A stretch of 64,000 bases of DNA from positions 666,274-730,273 of the forward strand of contig CP066682.1 in NCBI GenBank assembly GCA_016432285.1, written 5' to 3'. This DNA is from Candidatus Kaiserbacteria bacterium (GTDB lineage: Bacteria > Patescibacteriota > Minisyncoccia > Phycocordibacterales > UBA2100). Below are positions 19,580 through 29,370 of this stretch, in pieces. A program made the position numbers and the translations under genes. The notes under the pieces are model-generated. The model worked only from the letters and a program-made list of their open reading frames with translations. It made no database searches and was not told the origin of the DNA. Position 1 is the stretch's first letter. Every line of letters begins with the position of its first letter.

Positions 19580-22176
19580 AGAGTGCGGCGTGACTCACGA
19601 GTGCGGAAGATGAGCTTCCCTGCCTCGATCGCCGCGATATTGAGAAGCCCCACGGCCACGACCGCCGCTCCCCACGGCAGCGGCAAGGGCACCGTGCCGA
19701 GAATCTCTTGGAGGAAAGGCACGTACAGCGCGGCGAGCATGAGAAGGAGGCCCGCACCGACGCCCGAGAGTAGATACTTGTTGCCGAAAAGTCCGTATTC
19801 AAAAATGCTCCGCTCAAGACTCCGGAGCGAAAAAGCAAGAAAGAGCGTGTAGCTGCCGAAGCTCGCGAAGATAAATGTTTGGACGATTTCCGGCGAGAGG
19901 GCAGTGCGCGAGAGCAGCCAATAGAGAAGGAGGAGGAGCGCGGTGGAGGAGAAGCCGATGAAGATGATCAAAAATTTCATGAGCGGATCGAAGAGCGCTC
20001 CACGCCGCGTGGGGGCCCCTGAGAGCTCGTCCTTTTCGAAGGCAAACGCGATCGCCGGAAAGCTGTCGGAAAAAAAGTTGACGTAGAGGATCTGGAGCGC
20101 GCTCAAAGGGAGCGCGAGCCCGAGCACGATGGAGCCGCCGATGAGAAGGAGCTCATCGAAGACCGAAGAGAGCATGTAGACGAGCACCTTGCTGATATTT
20201 TTGCGAATCTGTCTTCCCTCCTCCACGGCTGCAACGATCGTCTCGAAGTTGTCGTCGAGAATCACGAGGTCGGCCACATCTCGCGCCACTTCCGTGCCGC
20301 TCCCCATGGCCACGCCGACGTCGGCTTGCTTGATACTCGGCGCATCGTTGACGCCGTCGCCCGTCATAGCCACGACTTCGCCCGCGCTCTGGAGCGCCTT
20401 TGTGAGCAGCATCTTGTCGAGCGGGGATACACGCGAGATCACCCGAAGGCCCCCGAGCCGAGCCGCAAGCTGCTGCGGCGAAAGCGTCCGCAGCTCGGAG
20501 GCATCGAGCACGCTCCCCGGAGGCGTGGGCAGCCCCACCTCGCGCGCGATTGCTTCCGCCGTGCCGCGGTGATCGCCCGTCATGATCACCGTGCGGATGC
20601 CTGCGCGTTCCACGCGGCGTATCGCCTCTTGCACGCCGAGGCGGATCGGATCGCGCAAGGTGATGAGTCCTTTGAAGTGCAAATGTTCGCTCGGCAATGC
20701 TTTCGGGAAATGTTGTGCGTCTTTCGCATCAATCTCTTTTGTGGCCACCGCCACCACAAACTCCCCCGCTGTGGCGAGCGCGTCGATGCGCGCGAGAAGC
20801 TCGCGGCGCTTTGGCTCATCGAGCTGCGAGTGCCCCACCAGGATCTCGGCGGCCCCAAAAAAGACGAGCTTGCGCTTCCCGCCCTCTTCGGTGAGCGAGA
20901 CGGAGAATTTGTTGACCGCATTAAACGGCAGCGACGCACGCACCGGGAGGCGCCGCCGCACCTCTTCCACTGATATGTCGCGCATCGCCCCCGCCCGCAC
21001 GAGCGCCACCTCCAAAAGCTTGCCGCTCATGCGCCACTCGGCAGGCGGATCATCTGGATTTTCCACGAGTACGTTGGAATTGAGGAGCGCGTACTCGAGG
21101 AGGACGCCCTTTTCCACGCCTTCCGGCAAGAGTTTGTCGAGCTCCATCTTTGCCATGGTGAGCGTGCCTGTTTTGTCGGTGAGGATCACCGTGGTATCGC
21201 CGAGCGCTTCCGCCGCGACGAGCTTGCGGATCACCCCTCTGCGCTTTGCCATACGCTGTACGCCGATCGCGAGGATGACCGTAAGCGCCACCGGAAGGCC
21301 TTCGGGCACGGCTGCCACGGCGACTGCGACCGACGTAACGAACATGTCGAAGACCGAGTAACCGGCCCAAATCCCGACCCCAAAGACGAGGATGGCAAGG
21401 CCGCCAAGGAAAAATCCGGCCCTCGCGCTGAATCGCTGAATCGCCGCCTGGAGCGGCGTGTCTTCCGCTTCGGCAGCCCCCACGAGCTCGGCGATCCGAC
21501 CGAGCTCGGTCGCGGAATCGGTGCGGCAGACGATCGCCGTGCCAAGCCCCTGCGTAACGAGCGTCCCCGCAAAGACCATCGAGAGCTGGTCGGCCACTCC
21601 CGCATCGGTGGGCACGGCTTCCACCCCCTTCACGATCGGCAGCGACTCGCCGGTGAGAAGTGCCTCATCGACCTGGAGGTCGTTGACGAAAACGAGACGC
21701 GCATCCGCGGGAATCCGGTCGCCCTGCGAGATACGGATGATGTCGCCCGGTACCAAAAGCGATGCGTCGATCTCGTGCTCGCCTTCGGCTCGCAGCACGC
21801 GGGCGCGATCGCGGAGGTAGGTCTTCAGCTCCGAAAGCGCCTGCTCGGCCTTGTACTCCTGATAGAAGCCGAGAGAGGCGTTGACGATGACGGCTGCGAA
21901 AATAAAGAGCGAGTCGCGCACATGGCCGATGAGAAGCGTGAGCACCGCAGCAAAGGCGAGGATGAGGATCAGGGGGCTGCGAAACTGCTGGAGCAGAATG
22001 AAAAAAAGGCCGCTTCGCTTTCGCTTCTCAAATACGTTCGCCCCAAAAACCGAGAGACGCCGCCTGGCCTCCGCCTCGGGGAGCCCCGCGTGCACGTCGG
22101 AAGCAAGGAGGTCGGCTACCTCTTCTGGCGCGAGCGCAGCGAACGGGCGCTTCAGAAGCTCGAGACCAATCGGCAT
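19540..22176 (-). CDS. cation-transporting P-type ATPase (type II, Ca2+-like)
   Basis: [33 protein letters not shown]. Confidence 0.95.
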   Translation of the reverse strand: MPIGLELLKRPFAALAPEEVADLLASDVHAGLPEAEARRRLSVFGANVFEKRKRSGLFFILLQQFRSPLILILAFAAVLTLLIGHVRDSLFIFAAVIVNASLGFYQEYKAEQALSELKTYLRDRARVLRAEGEHEIDASLLVPGDIIRISQGDRIPADARLVFVNDLQVDEALLTGESLPIVKGVEAVPTDAGVADQLSMVFAGTLVTQGLGTAIVCRTDSATELGRIAELVGAAEAEDTPLQAAIQRFSARAGFFLGGLAILVFGVGIWAGYSVFDMFVTSVAVAVAAVPEGLPVALTVILAIGVQRMAKRRGVIRKLVAAEALGDTTVILTDKTGTLTMAKMELDKLLPEGVEKGVLLEYALLNSNVLVENPDDPPAEWRMSGKLLEVALVRAGAMRDISVEEVRRRLPVRASLPFNAVNKFSVSLTEEGGKRKLVFFGAAEILVGHSQLDEPKRRELLARIDALATAGEFVVAVATKEIDAKDAQHFPKALPSEHLHFKGLITLRDPIRLGVQEAIRRVERAGIRTVIMTGDHRGTAEAIAREVGLPTPPGSVLDASELRTLSPQQLAARLGGLRVISRVSPLDKMLLTKALQSAGEVVAMTGDGVNDAPSIKQADVGVAMGSGTEVARDVADLVILDDNFETIVAAVEEGRQIRKNISKVLVYMLSSVFDELLLIGGSIVLGLALPLSALQILYVNFFSDSFPAIAFAFEKDELSGAPTRRGALFDPLMKFLIIFIGFSSTALLLLLYWLLSRTALSPEIVQTFIFASFGSYTLFLAFSLRSLERSIFEYGLFGNKYLLSGVGAGLLLMLAALYVPFLQEILGTVPLPLPWGAAVVAVGLLNIAAIEAGKLIFRTRESRRTLQLASARAAMPIR

Positions 22177-22226
22177 TTAGGAATTATAACCGCGAATGCA
22201 TGACTTGGATGGACAATGCACGCTCG

Positions 22227-23759
22227 TTAACCGCGCCCGCGAGCAGTTATATGCGCCGGAATCGTCGGCGATCGCAAAAACTCATCGTATTTCCTCTCAA
22301 TATGCGCGAATAGTCTCTTTGAAATCTCTTTTGTGGGGCGCACTTTCCAGTGCACATAGTACACCGAGAGGAGCGCGGCGGCGGAGATACTAAAGACCGT
22401 TATCGTGACTACCCTGCTGCCGAAGTACGCTCCGCCGACGGCTCCCATGAGGAACCATAGGCCCAGTATCAGTTCCTTATATGTGCTCTTCAGCAGTTGT
22501 GGCGCCTTGACGAGTATGAACTTGTTTGTGCGCTCGAAATCCGACTTCTGGCGGAACATGATGCGCATGAGCGCCTCAGAGTAGACGAGCGTCAATCCCA
22601 TATGGATGAGCAGCGCGCGCAGCGCCCGGCGAATCGGATTTTCTTCGGTTCGAAGTGTGACTAGGAAAAGGACGAACTTCGATCCTATCGTAAGAAAAAT
22701 CGAAAACGAGGCAACATTGAGCAGCATTTTGTGCTCTCCGGTTGTGAGTATTGCAGGGGTCACGACGAGTGCATACCCAGCGAGCACCGCAAATGGAAGA
22801 AAGTTGAGGTGATCCCATGCGGTCAGGTGCGAAAGGAAACCGATCCATGATCTGAACGGCATCCGCTTGAACGACGTGAAGAGTACAGAGAGCGCCTGCG
22901 CATTGCCGAGCGCCCATCGCCACTTCTGTTTTCGATATGACTCGATATCATACGGCATCAGACCCGATCCGATTGGCCGGTCGATGTAGACGCCCCGAAA
23001 TCCGGCACGGTACAGTCGGAGACCCGCATCGGCATCTTCAGTGAGCGCCTGTACCCGGAACCCGCCGATGCTCCTCAAGGCGTCATTGCTGTATATGCTG
23101 ACTGTCCCCGTCGACGGGACGCAGTCGAGGTGATTGGCCATGTTCATATAAATCCTGAAGAAATGCCGGTACTCATCGGCCACTGGCCTATTTTCCGAAG
23201 TAGCGTTCCGGTACTCCTGCGGAAACTGAACGAGTGCGATTTCTCGGTGCGTGAAATACGAAACGGCAAGCGAGAGGAAGTCGGGATTCACCACGTAATC
23301 TGCGTCGATGACTGCAACATATTTCGATTGCGCGCTCGTACGCGCGAGAGCGTAGTTGAGTGCGCCCGCCTTAAAGCCAGTGAGATTCTCGACATGCAGA
23401 AAGCGGAAGCGGCGGCCGAGAGAAAGCGTGAATCGCTCGACGGGTTTCCATACCTGCGGATCGCTTGTGTTGTTGTCTATCACCAGGACTTCGTACTCTC
23501 CGTAGGAAAGCTTCGAGAGGGATTCGAGCGTCTGCATGAGTACAGCGGGTGGTTCATTGTGGGCCGGCACGAGAATTGATATAAACGGCTCTTTCCTCGG
23601 TTTCCGATGGCGCGCCGTAAAGCGCGGCAAAAGCGCCACGTACACCTGCAATGCCGAGAGAAAAATTCCGACAACAGTATTGGCGAGCAGCACTACCGTG
23701 AGCGGTCCGGGCAAAGCTACGGTTGCAGCGAAAACAGCTAAAAAAACGGCGGCAAGCAT
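22227..23759 (-). CDS. processive glycosyltransferase family 2 (beta-glucan/cellulose-synthase-like)
   Basis: VPAHNEP, IDNN, GFKAGALN, DADY, QFPQ, TED and QKWRW (D,D,D,QxxRW) motifs plus TMs; start uncertain. Confidence 0.88.
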   Translation of the reverse strand: MLAAVFLAVFAATVALPGPLTVVLLANTVVGIFLSALQVYVALLPRFTARHRKPRKEPFISILVPAHNEPPAVLMQTLESLSKLSYGEYEVLVIDNNTSDPQVWKPVERFTLSLGRRFRFLHVENLTGFKAGALNYALARTSAQSKYVAVIDADYVVNPDFLSLAVSYFTHREIALVQFPQEYRNATSENRPVADEYRHFFRIYMNMANHLDCVPSTGTVSIYSNDALRSIGGFRVQALTEDADAGLRLYRAGFRGVYIDRPIGSGLMPYDIESYRKQKWRWALGNAQALSVLFTSFKRMPFRSWIGFLSHLTAWDHLNFLPFAVLAGYALVVTPAILTTGEHKMLLNVASFSIFLTIGSKFVLFLVTLRTEENPIRRALRALLIHMGLTLVYSEALMRIMFRQKSDFERTNKFILVKAPQLLKSTYKELILGLWFLMGAVGGAYFGSRVVTITVFSISAAALLSVYYVHWKVRPTKEISKRLFAHIERKYDEFLRSPTIPAHITARGRG

Positions 23760-23837
23760 AGGACGAGAATAGGTCTGGCTGGAACCAGTAGGTAGAACAA
23801 TGCTACCAGTCCTTGGTGAGAAGGGCAACTACGGCCC

Positions 23838-24107
23838 CTATAGTTGGCGGGAGCTCGAGTATTTGAGTTTGAGATACAGTTGAGCGAGCGCGATGAGGAG
23901 TGCGACGCCGTTGACGACGGCGACCGGCGTCGCAGTCGTGAGGAAGCCGTAGGCGAGCCAGAAAACGCAGTTGAAGAAAAAGAGCACGAGCATGCCCCAC
24001 GAGAGATCCTCCACGCTGTGCGTGCGCCACATCTTGTAGAGTTGCGGCAGCATAAACGAGGTGCCCGTGAAAATGCCCGCGTAGCCGAACAAATCCGCCA
24101 ATTCCAT
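23838..24107 (-). CDS. SemiSWEET / PQ-loop transporter
   Basis: FMLPQLYK..T.SVEDLS, FWLAYG; 3 TM, 89 aa. Confidence 0.88.
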   Translation of the reverse strand: MELADLFGYAGIFTGTSFMLPQLYKMWRTHSVEDLSWGMLVLFFFNCVFWLAYGFLTTATPVAVVNGVALLIALAQLYLKLKYSSSRQL

Positions 24108-24297
24108 GGAAGTAGTGTATCAGTCGAAACTCGTGTCGATCCACGAGTAAAAAATGACGTGCAAATCACGCTTGAAATAGCTCGAACATTCGCCGCCGGT
24201 AAGGATGGCGGCAAGCACCCACGCTGACAATTTTAAGTTTTTCTTTGGCGGAAGACTTGAACGCGCGGGGTACAACAACTTGTTCTTTGAGAACAAA

Positions 24298-25134
24298 TTA
24301 TCGGACCGCAATTACAACCGAGCCGGTAACATCTTCCGTAGTTCCATTCGCGCCACCATTTCTTTGCATGTATTTCACTGTGTACGTACCCGGCTGAGTG
24401 TACGTATGAGAAACCTTGTCCGTGTATGTGGCGCAAGCATCTGTATCGGGTTTATACGCGGAGCACGTAATATCTGCTTGCTGTCCATCTCCAAACACGA
24501 CCCATTGGTCAAGAAGGCCCAAGTATGTAACTGAAAATTCCACTGCAAGAGGTGCATTACCTGAAGTTACATTGGCGGTAATCGTAGGCGGCAAAGTCAA
24601 AGACATATCCTTGCTCGCCAACATTTCGCGTTCTCCCGATACTATCGCCTCGACCAGGATATTGTGCGGCAGCGAAAAACCTGAAAGTGCATTGGCGGGA
24701 AAAGTAACTGACCAACGACCGCTTACCACAGGTACATTGTCTTGCGTATAAAGGCCTGTGTAACCTGTAAATTTCGCCGGAGTAATGGCACGAACGCTCA
24801 CACTCAGAGAACTCGTGTTTGCCGCTGTACCGCTCACGACAAATCCCGCCGAACTGCCAGCAGGCACGAGTTTATCAACGGTTGCCGAGGGTTTCGGATT
24901 ATTTGCACTCGTCTGCGATATGGGCCCCTGATTCTCCTGTGTTGCCGCAGTATCGTTCGTATCCGAAATCAAGCCCGGTGTCACTTCCATGCGCTGCTCC
25001 GTTTGCAAAGGGGCGTAGTCTTTAATTAACGGTCCAGCGGGCGCATCTGTCTGAACACCAAAAATGCTGCTGATGACGACAGCAATGGACGCAAAGAGCC
25101 ATTTCAAGAAATCCACCAAGGTAGTATACCCCAA
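24298..25134 (-). CDS. exported PKD-domain protein
   Basis: SGNAPLAVEFS, FGDG, SHTYTQPGTYTV; N-terminal hydrophobic segment; lower GC. Confidence 0.8.
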   Translation of the reverse strand: MGYTTLVDFLKWLFASIAVVISSIFGVQTDAPAGPLIKDYAPLQTEQRMEVTPGLISDTNDTAATQENQGPISQTSANNPKPSATVDKLVPAGSSAGFVVSGTAANTSSLSVSVRAITPAKFTGYTGLYTQDNVPVVSGRWSVTFPANALSGFSLPHNILVEAIVSGEREMLASKDMSLTLPPTITANVTSGNAPLAVEFSVTYLGLLDQWVVFGDGQQADITCSAYKPDTDACATYTDKVSHTYTQPGTYTVKYMQRNGGANGTTEDVTGSVVIAVR

Positions 25135-25151
25135 TTAAACTTCCGTTTTTG

Positions 25152-25236
25152 CGGAGAGGGAGGGATTCGAACCCTCGATGCCTTTCGACATGCCGGTTTT
25201 CGAAACCGGTGCTTTCAACCACTCAGCCACCTCTCC
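25152..25236 (-). tRNA. tRNA-Ser(CGA)
   Basis: GGAGAGGTGGCTGAGTGG...CCGGT-TTCGAAA-ACCGG...long variable arm...GGGTTCGAATCCC-TCCCTCTCCG. Confidence 0.95.
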
Positions 25237-25353
25237 TTCGGACAAGTAAAAACTTGTCCGCGATTTTCGCTGTGCGAAAGTCGCTAACGATCTGACCAGT
25301 CGCTAAAATAGCACACTTTGGATAGTGCATAAAATACGCTATATTTTCGCTGC

Positions 25354-25425
25354 GGCCCTATCGTCTAGTGGTTAGGACAGCGCCTTTTCAAGGCGTTAAC
25401 CGGGGTTCGATTCCCCGTAGGGTCA
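25354..25425 (+). tRNA. tRNA-Glu(TTC)
   Basis: GGCCCTATCGTCTAGTGGTTAGGAC...GCGCC-TTTTCAA-GGCGT...GGGGTTCGATTCCCC-GTAGGGTCA. Confidence 0.95.
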
Positions 25426-25589
25426 TGAATACCAAAAGTCCGCAGCGCCGCTGCGGCTTTTTTGGTATTCGCGGGTTCCATTCGGGGAATCGAAAGACGG
25501 AGGCGGGGTCCCCGCTCGCGGGGAGCCGAGTCGGGGTCGCGGAAATTTTGCATAGTAAAATTATCCATGACCGATTCCCCGTATGGTCA
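25426..25589 (+). repeat. tRNA-3'-anchored structured element, copy A
   Basis: Ends in a 17/18 duplicate of the tRNA-Glu 3' end (25572-25589 vs 25408-25425); internally homologous to the element behind tRNA-Val. Confidence 0.75.
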
Positions 25590-25599
25590 CAAGTGAAAT

Positions 25600-26490
25600 T
25601 TAACTGTGCAGCCAAATATAGAGGTCCCTAAAAACCATCTCGGCCCTGCCATTGCGCCTCACAATTTCTGCGAGCCTTTCACCGATGCCACGCTGCGCTG
25701 CCTCCGGGAGCCGCTCCCAGTCGGTGCGCAAAATAAACGATAGTAGCAACTTTCCGTCTCGATTAGGACTGAACGCGCCGTCCTGAAAACAGGAACTTAC
25801 GTCCGTGTGAGCATTGACGATCTCTGATTGATTTTCAATATTTAACTTTGCAAGCTCCGCTACGATTTCCTCCCCTGGCAATTCCGGCGCAGGCTGGGCA
25901 GTATGTTTATGTAGCTCTGCGAGCAGCTCATACCTGTCGCTTGTTGAGGAATAGATTGTTATCAGACCGACGCCGTTCGTATCCAGCGAATTGGCGAATT
26001 TCTGCAAGGTATTTGTTTCCTTCGGTGTATTCCTCCAATCCTGAATGTAGTACCAAACATGAGAGGACATTGAGAAATCCGAAAGTGGTGGATCGTGGGA
26101 CGGATCTTCAAACGGTATCACTTGGTAATCTGAAACAATGTCTGACAATCCCGCCGTGATTGCATTCGTATTAAATTCTGATGCCATTGTTTGAGAAACG
26201 TCCTCGCAAGAAATTGAGATGTTATCTTTTGTGCCCCGCTCCGCGATAAAGGATTTAAGCAGGGGTAATTCCAACCCGCCGTTCCCAGCGCCCATTACAT
26301 ATATGCGAAATAGTTGTTCTGAATTGCGTAGCTTGCTCCAAGCAGCGGGCGCCATTCGTTGAATGCCACTTAGTGTGGCGTCGAGTTGCACCTCCTTCTG
26401 ATCCGTGTTGCGGAGAAACACGGCAAATCGCTCTCTTGCTGCATTAAACGCTCCAGTACGCACCGCTTCTCCAGTCGACATCGTTTCCAT
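25600..26490 (-). CDS. class I SAM-dependent methyltransferase-like protein
   Basis: YVMGAGNG glycine motif, SHVWYY post-motif; low GC; start uncertain (26490 or 26481). Confidence 0.65.
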   Translation of the reverse strand: METMSTGEAVRTGAFNAARERFAVFLRNTDQKEVQLDATLSGIQRMAPAAWSKLRNSEQLFRIYVMGAGNGGLELPLLKSFIAERGTKDNISISCEDVSQTMASEFNTNAITAGLSDIVSDYQVIPFEDPSHDPPLSDFSMSSHVWYYIQDWRNTPKETNTLQKFANSLDTNGVGLITIYSSTSDRYELLAELHKHTAQPAPELPGEEIVAELAKLNIENQSEIVNAHTDVSSCFQDGAFSPNRDGKLLLSFILRTDWERLPEAAQRGIGERLAEIVRRNGRAEMVFRDLYIWLHS

Positions 26491-26566
26491 CCTACAGGCA
26501 TCAAATATCAGACGCCAGCATTGTTTTATCGAATCCTGTTCTCGGTACAATGGGCTCACCGAGCGC

Positions 26567-27187
26567 ATGACGAACAATCTTCGAAAATCGATTTTGATCT
26601 TGAAGCGCGACCCGCGGTTCGCGCCGATCGTGCGAAAGTACGGTAAGCCCGATCTCACGCGCTACTTCGGCGGCATCGGGATCTTTCCGGCGCTGCTGCG
26701 CTCAATCGTGTACCAGCAGCTCTCGGGCCACGCGGCGCGCGCGATCCTCGCGCGCGTACTCGTGCTCTTTCCACGCGGGAAGCCAACGCCGCGCCGCCTG
26801 ATCAAGCTCCCCGCGGGAAAGCTCCGGGCCGCCGGCCTCTCCGTGCAGAAGATTTCGTACGTGCGTGATCTCGCGCACAAGTGCCTCGACGGCACGATCG
26901 ACGAGAAGCAATTCCCGACGATGAGCAGCGAGGAGATTGTGCAACACCTCACGCAGGTGCGCGGCGTCGGGCAGTGGTCCGCGCACATGGTGCTCATCTT
27001 TACCCTGCACCGGCTCGACATTTTGCCCACGGGAGATCTTGGTATCCGCAAGGGCTTCCAGATTCTCTACAAACTACGCACACTCCCGGACAAAAAGAAA
27101 ATGGAGAGTCTGGCGCGCCCGTGGCACGCGCACGCTTCGATCGCGAGCTGGTATCTCTGGCAGATCGCGGACGAAAATAAAAAGTGA
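26567..27187 (+). CDS. alkA: DNA-3-methyladenine glycosylase (AlkA/HhH-GPD family)
   Basis: SIVYQQLSG.AA, GLSVQK, LTQVRGVGQWSA, LPTGDLGI, SIASWYLW. Confidence 0.9.
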   Translation: MTNNLRKSILILKRDPRFAPIVRKYGKPDLTRYFGGIGIFPALLRSIVYQQLSGHAARAILARVLVLFPRGKPTPRRLIKLPAGKLRAAGLSVQKISYVRDLAHKCLDGTIDEKQFPTMSSEEIVQHLTQVRGVGQWSAHMVLIFTLHRLDILPTGDLGIRKGFQILYKLRTLPDKKKMESLARPWHAHASIASWYLWQIADENKK

Positions 27188-27199
27188 AGATGAAGAAAA

Positions 27200-27220
27200 T
27201 ATAGACAAGGGATGTCCATA
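27200..27220. repeat. short palindromic repeat, copy 2
   Basis: TATAGACAAGGGATGTCCATA, the reverse complement of copy 1 with one mismatch. Confidence 0.65.
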
Positions 27221-27252
27221 TTTGGAAAAAGCCCCGCCGAGGCGGGACTTTT

Positions 27253-27414
27253 TTAATACTGCATGCTTGAAGTGCCGGTGCCCGAGGTGCCCGTGCCCGT
27301 ATTCGGGACGCTGGGGTTGGTGCCGCCCGAGAAGTACAGCCAGCCTCCGATGAGAATGGCAAGCACAAGGATGACTCCGACGACCCACGCAGCAAGTGTG
27401 GTGCTGGTGTCCAT
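27253..27414 (-). CDS. 53-aa single-pass membrane protein with Thr/Gly tail (not in ORF track)
   Basis: MDTSTTLAAWVVGVILVLAILIGGWLYFSGGTNPSVPNTGTGTSGTGTSSMQY; terminator hairpin at 27226-27254. Confidence 0.7.
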   Translation of the reverse strand: MDTSTTLAAWVVGVILVLAILIGGWLYFSGGTNPSVPNTGTGTSGTGTSSMQY

Positions 27415-27627
27415 AGAGGTAACTTACGAGTAAGGGTTCGCGAATCGCGAACGCACGGGTAAGCCTAACGGTACGCGCGTGAGAGTGTGGTGAACTGCGG
27501 CGCCTCGCCGATTTAATGAATCCGCTTGACTTGACCCGAGTCCCCTGTTGTAGTTATAGTACTGCTTAGGAACGGGGAATCCCCCGTTCGAAACGCAACC
27601 TGAACCGAACCACATGAGGAGGATCTG

Positions 27628-28638
27628 ATGAATCACGTTCTCTCTATCGGCGACCGGCGCCATCTTCCATTTTTGACTGATATCGACGGAAGTCGTGCCG
27701 ACGCCGGGGAATACGCCTGTTCGTATCGCAAGGAGTGTGATGTGATGCCCGTATTTACCGCCTCCCCCTACGGGGTGACGGTGGGGTTCTTCGTCTACTG
27801 CGGCGGCGAGCGCAAGCTCGTGCACAGTTGCTCGCAGACGGCATGCATCATTGGCGGCTGGCGCGCGTTCCGACTCCTGGAGCGCGTCGAGAGCGTCAAT
27901 TACGGCACTCCGCTGGCGGCACTCCGTGTCGCCGACGATAGCGTGGTGGGCGAGATCACTGCCTCGGCCGAACGCTACTTCTCGTCGCCAGCCGCTTACC
28001 GGAGCGCGTGCTCCGATATTCGCGAAGCGGTGCCAGACCTGGATACTCTCGCCAACATGTTGCAGATCGTGATCCGGACCAAGGCTACAGTCCGGCTCGA
28101 CGGCATCATGCGCGTATTCGGGAATAACCCGCCGAGTGAAATCCGGCCCCTGCTCCAGAGCGTGAATCCGATCTCGGGGCAGACCGACCTGGTCTGCGAG
28201 GACTGGGTCCCGTTTGCCGCGCAGATCCGAAAGCGCGGCAGGCACTATAAGGGGTTCCAGGTAGCCGCGATCGGTTATTCGCGGCCGGAAACGCCGGGCG
28301 GGATGCCGTGGGTGTGTGCGGGAGCAAACATGCAGTTCACGGAATACTCGCAACCGATGTGCGCGGAGGATCGGGTCTTGGAGCAGGCTGAGCACGACGA
28401 AATCACGCTCGACCGGCTCCTGATCTACGGCGTGCCGCGCAAGCGCGACACGACGAAGACGCTCCACCCGTGCAGCGAGCGCTGCCTTGCGCGTTTGCAC
28501 GATAAGTACTTGCGCAAGAAGGCGGTGAAGGCGTCGACAATCCTTACGTGCGTGCACGCGGAGACGGGGTTCACGGAGGAGTTCACGCTCCGTGAATACT
28601 TCGCGATGAACGGTGTCATCACTTCCCCGTGGGGGTGA
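27628..28638 (+). CDS. hypothetical protein with C-terminal cytidine-deaminase-like domain
   Basis: YKGFQVAA...GANM...CAE...HPCSERC; GAGGAGG SD; own terminator at 28651-28685. Confidence 0.6.
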   Translation: MNHVLSIGDRRHLPFLTDIDGSRADAGEYACSYRKECDVMPVFTASPYGVTVGFFVYCGGERKLVHSCSQTACIIGGWRAFRLLERVESVNYGTPLAALRVADDSVVGEITASAERYFSSPAAYRSACSDIREAVPDLDTLANMLQIVIRTKATVRLDGIMRVFGNNPPSEIRPLLQSVNPISGQTDLVCEDWVPFAAQIRKRGRHYKGFQVAAIGYSRPETPGGMPWVCAGANMQFTEYSQPMCAEDRVLEQAEHDEITLDRLLIYGVPRKRDTTKTLHPCSERCLARLHDKYLRKKAVKASTILTCVHAETGFTEEFTLREYFAMNGVITSPWG

Positions 28639-28697
28639 TGGGCGAAAACGAACGGGGCGGCCCCAAGCCGCCCCGTTTTCTTATTGCCGTCTTTTTC

Positions 28698-29246
28698 CTA
28701 CTGCGCCAGGAAGCTGCGATTGACCGCCGTTCCCCCCGCGGTCACGATCGCGTCGAGCTTGATGTCGAATTTCTTGTCGCCGTCGTCGACGTAGATGATC
28801 GCGTAGTAAATCTTGCCCTTTTCGGTGGCTCGCAAAAGCGACACCGTGCCATTCGCCACTGCCGTGCCGTCGAAGCGCGACGCGCCCAAGACCCAGCCAT
28901 TGGCGTCCTTGATTGCGATCCACGAAGGCTTCACGAGTGTCGCGCTCGCGATGATTACGCTGCCACCCGCAGGCTGGTCGTTGACCGAAAGCGACTCGCC
29001 GCTCGAGGCGGTCGTCATGCTCGCGGTGGAGCTTGTGCCGCCCGAAGTGCTGCCCGTAGCCGTGCCATTTGTCGAACCGGTCGCCGTGCCCGTGGCAGTG
29101 CCGGTCGACGTGCCAGTCGTTGTCCCCGTGTTTTCAGGAGCCGGAGCTTGCGGGTTGCGGCTCCAGATCCACCAGCCACCGATAATAACGACGAGCGCGC
29201 CGACCCCGATGAGGATCCACTGCGTCGTCTGATTTTTCATGTCCAT
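28698..29246 (-). CDS. membrane-anchored surface protein with Thr-rich linker
   Basis: TM plus TTGTSTGTATG repeats plus a C-terminal domain (V.DQPAG..V, W.AI, YYAIIY.DDGD..FD). Confidence 0.75.
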   Translation of the reverse strand: MDMKNQTTQWILIGVGALVVIIGGWWIWSRNPQAPAPENTGTTTGTSTGTATGTATGSTNGTATGSTSGGTSSTASMTTASSGESLSVNDQPAGGSVIIASATLVKPSWIAIKDANGWVLGASRFDGTAVANGTVSLLRATEKGKIYYAIIYVDDGDKKFDIKLDAIVTAGGTAVNRSFLAQ

Positions 29247-29370
29247 AATTCGTTGCATCTCTAAATGAATACTAATGAATGTCCCCAGTGTACGGGCAGC
29301 TCCGGTTTGGTCAACCACGACGGCGGACGACCACAGACAACCTTCATGTACGCCATCTATAGTTTTGTGT

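Noticed and set aside
25305-25335. CIRCE-like TAGCAC...GTGC sequence between the tRNAs
   Set aside because: Spacing and right arm do not fit TTAGCACTC-N9-GAGTGCTAA; more likely overlapping divergent tRNA promoters
29030-29135. Tandem GCCGTGCC/GTGCCGGT-like repeats (also 14885-14935 and 27270-27300)
   Set aside because: They encode Thr/Gly linkers of surface proteins; not CRISPR, as there is no repeat-spacer periodicity
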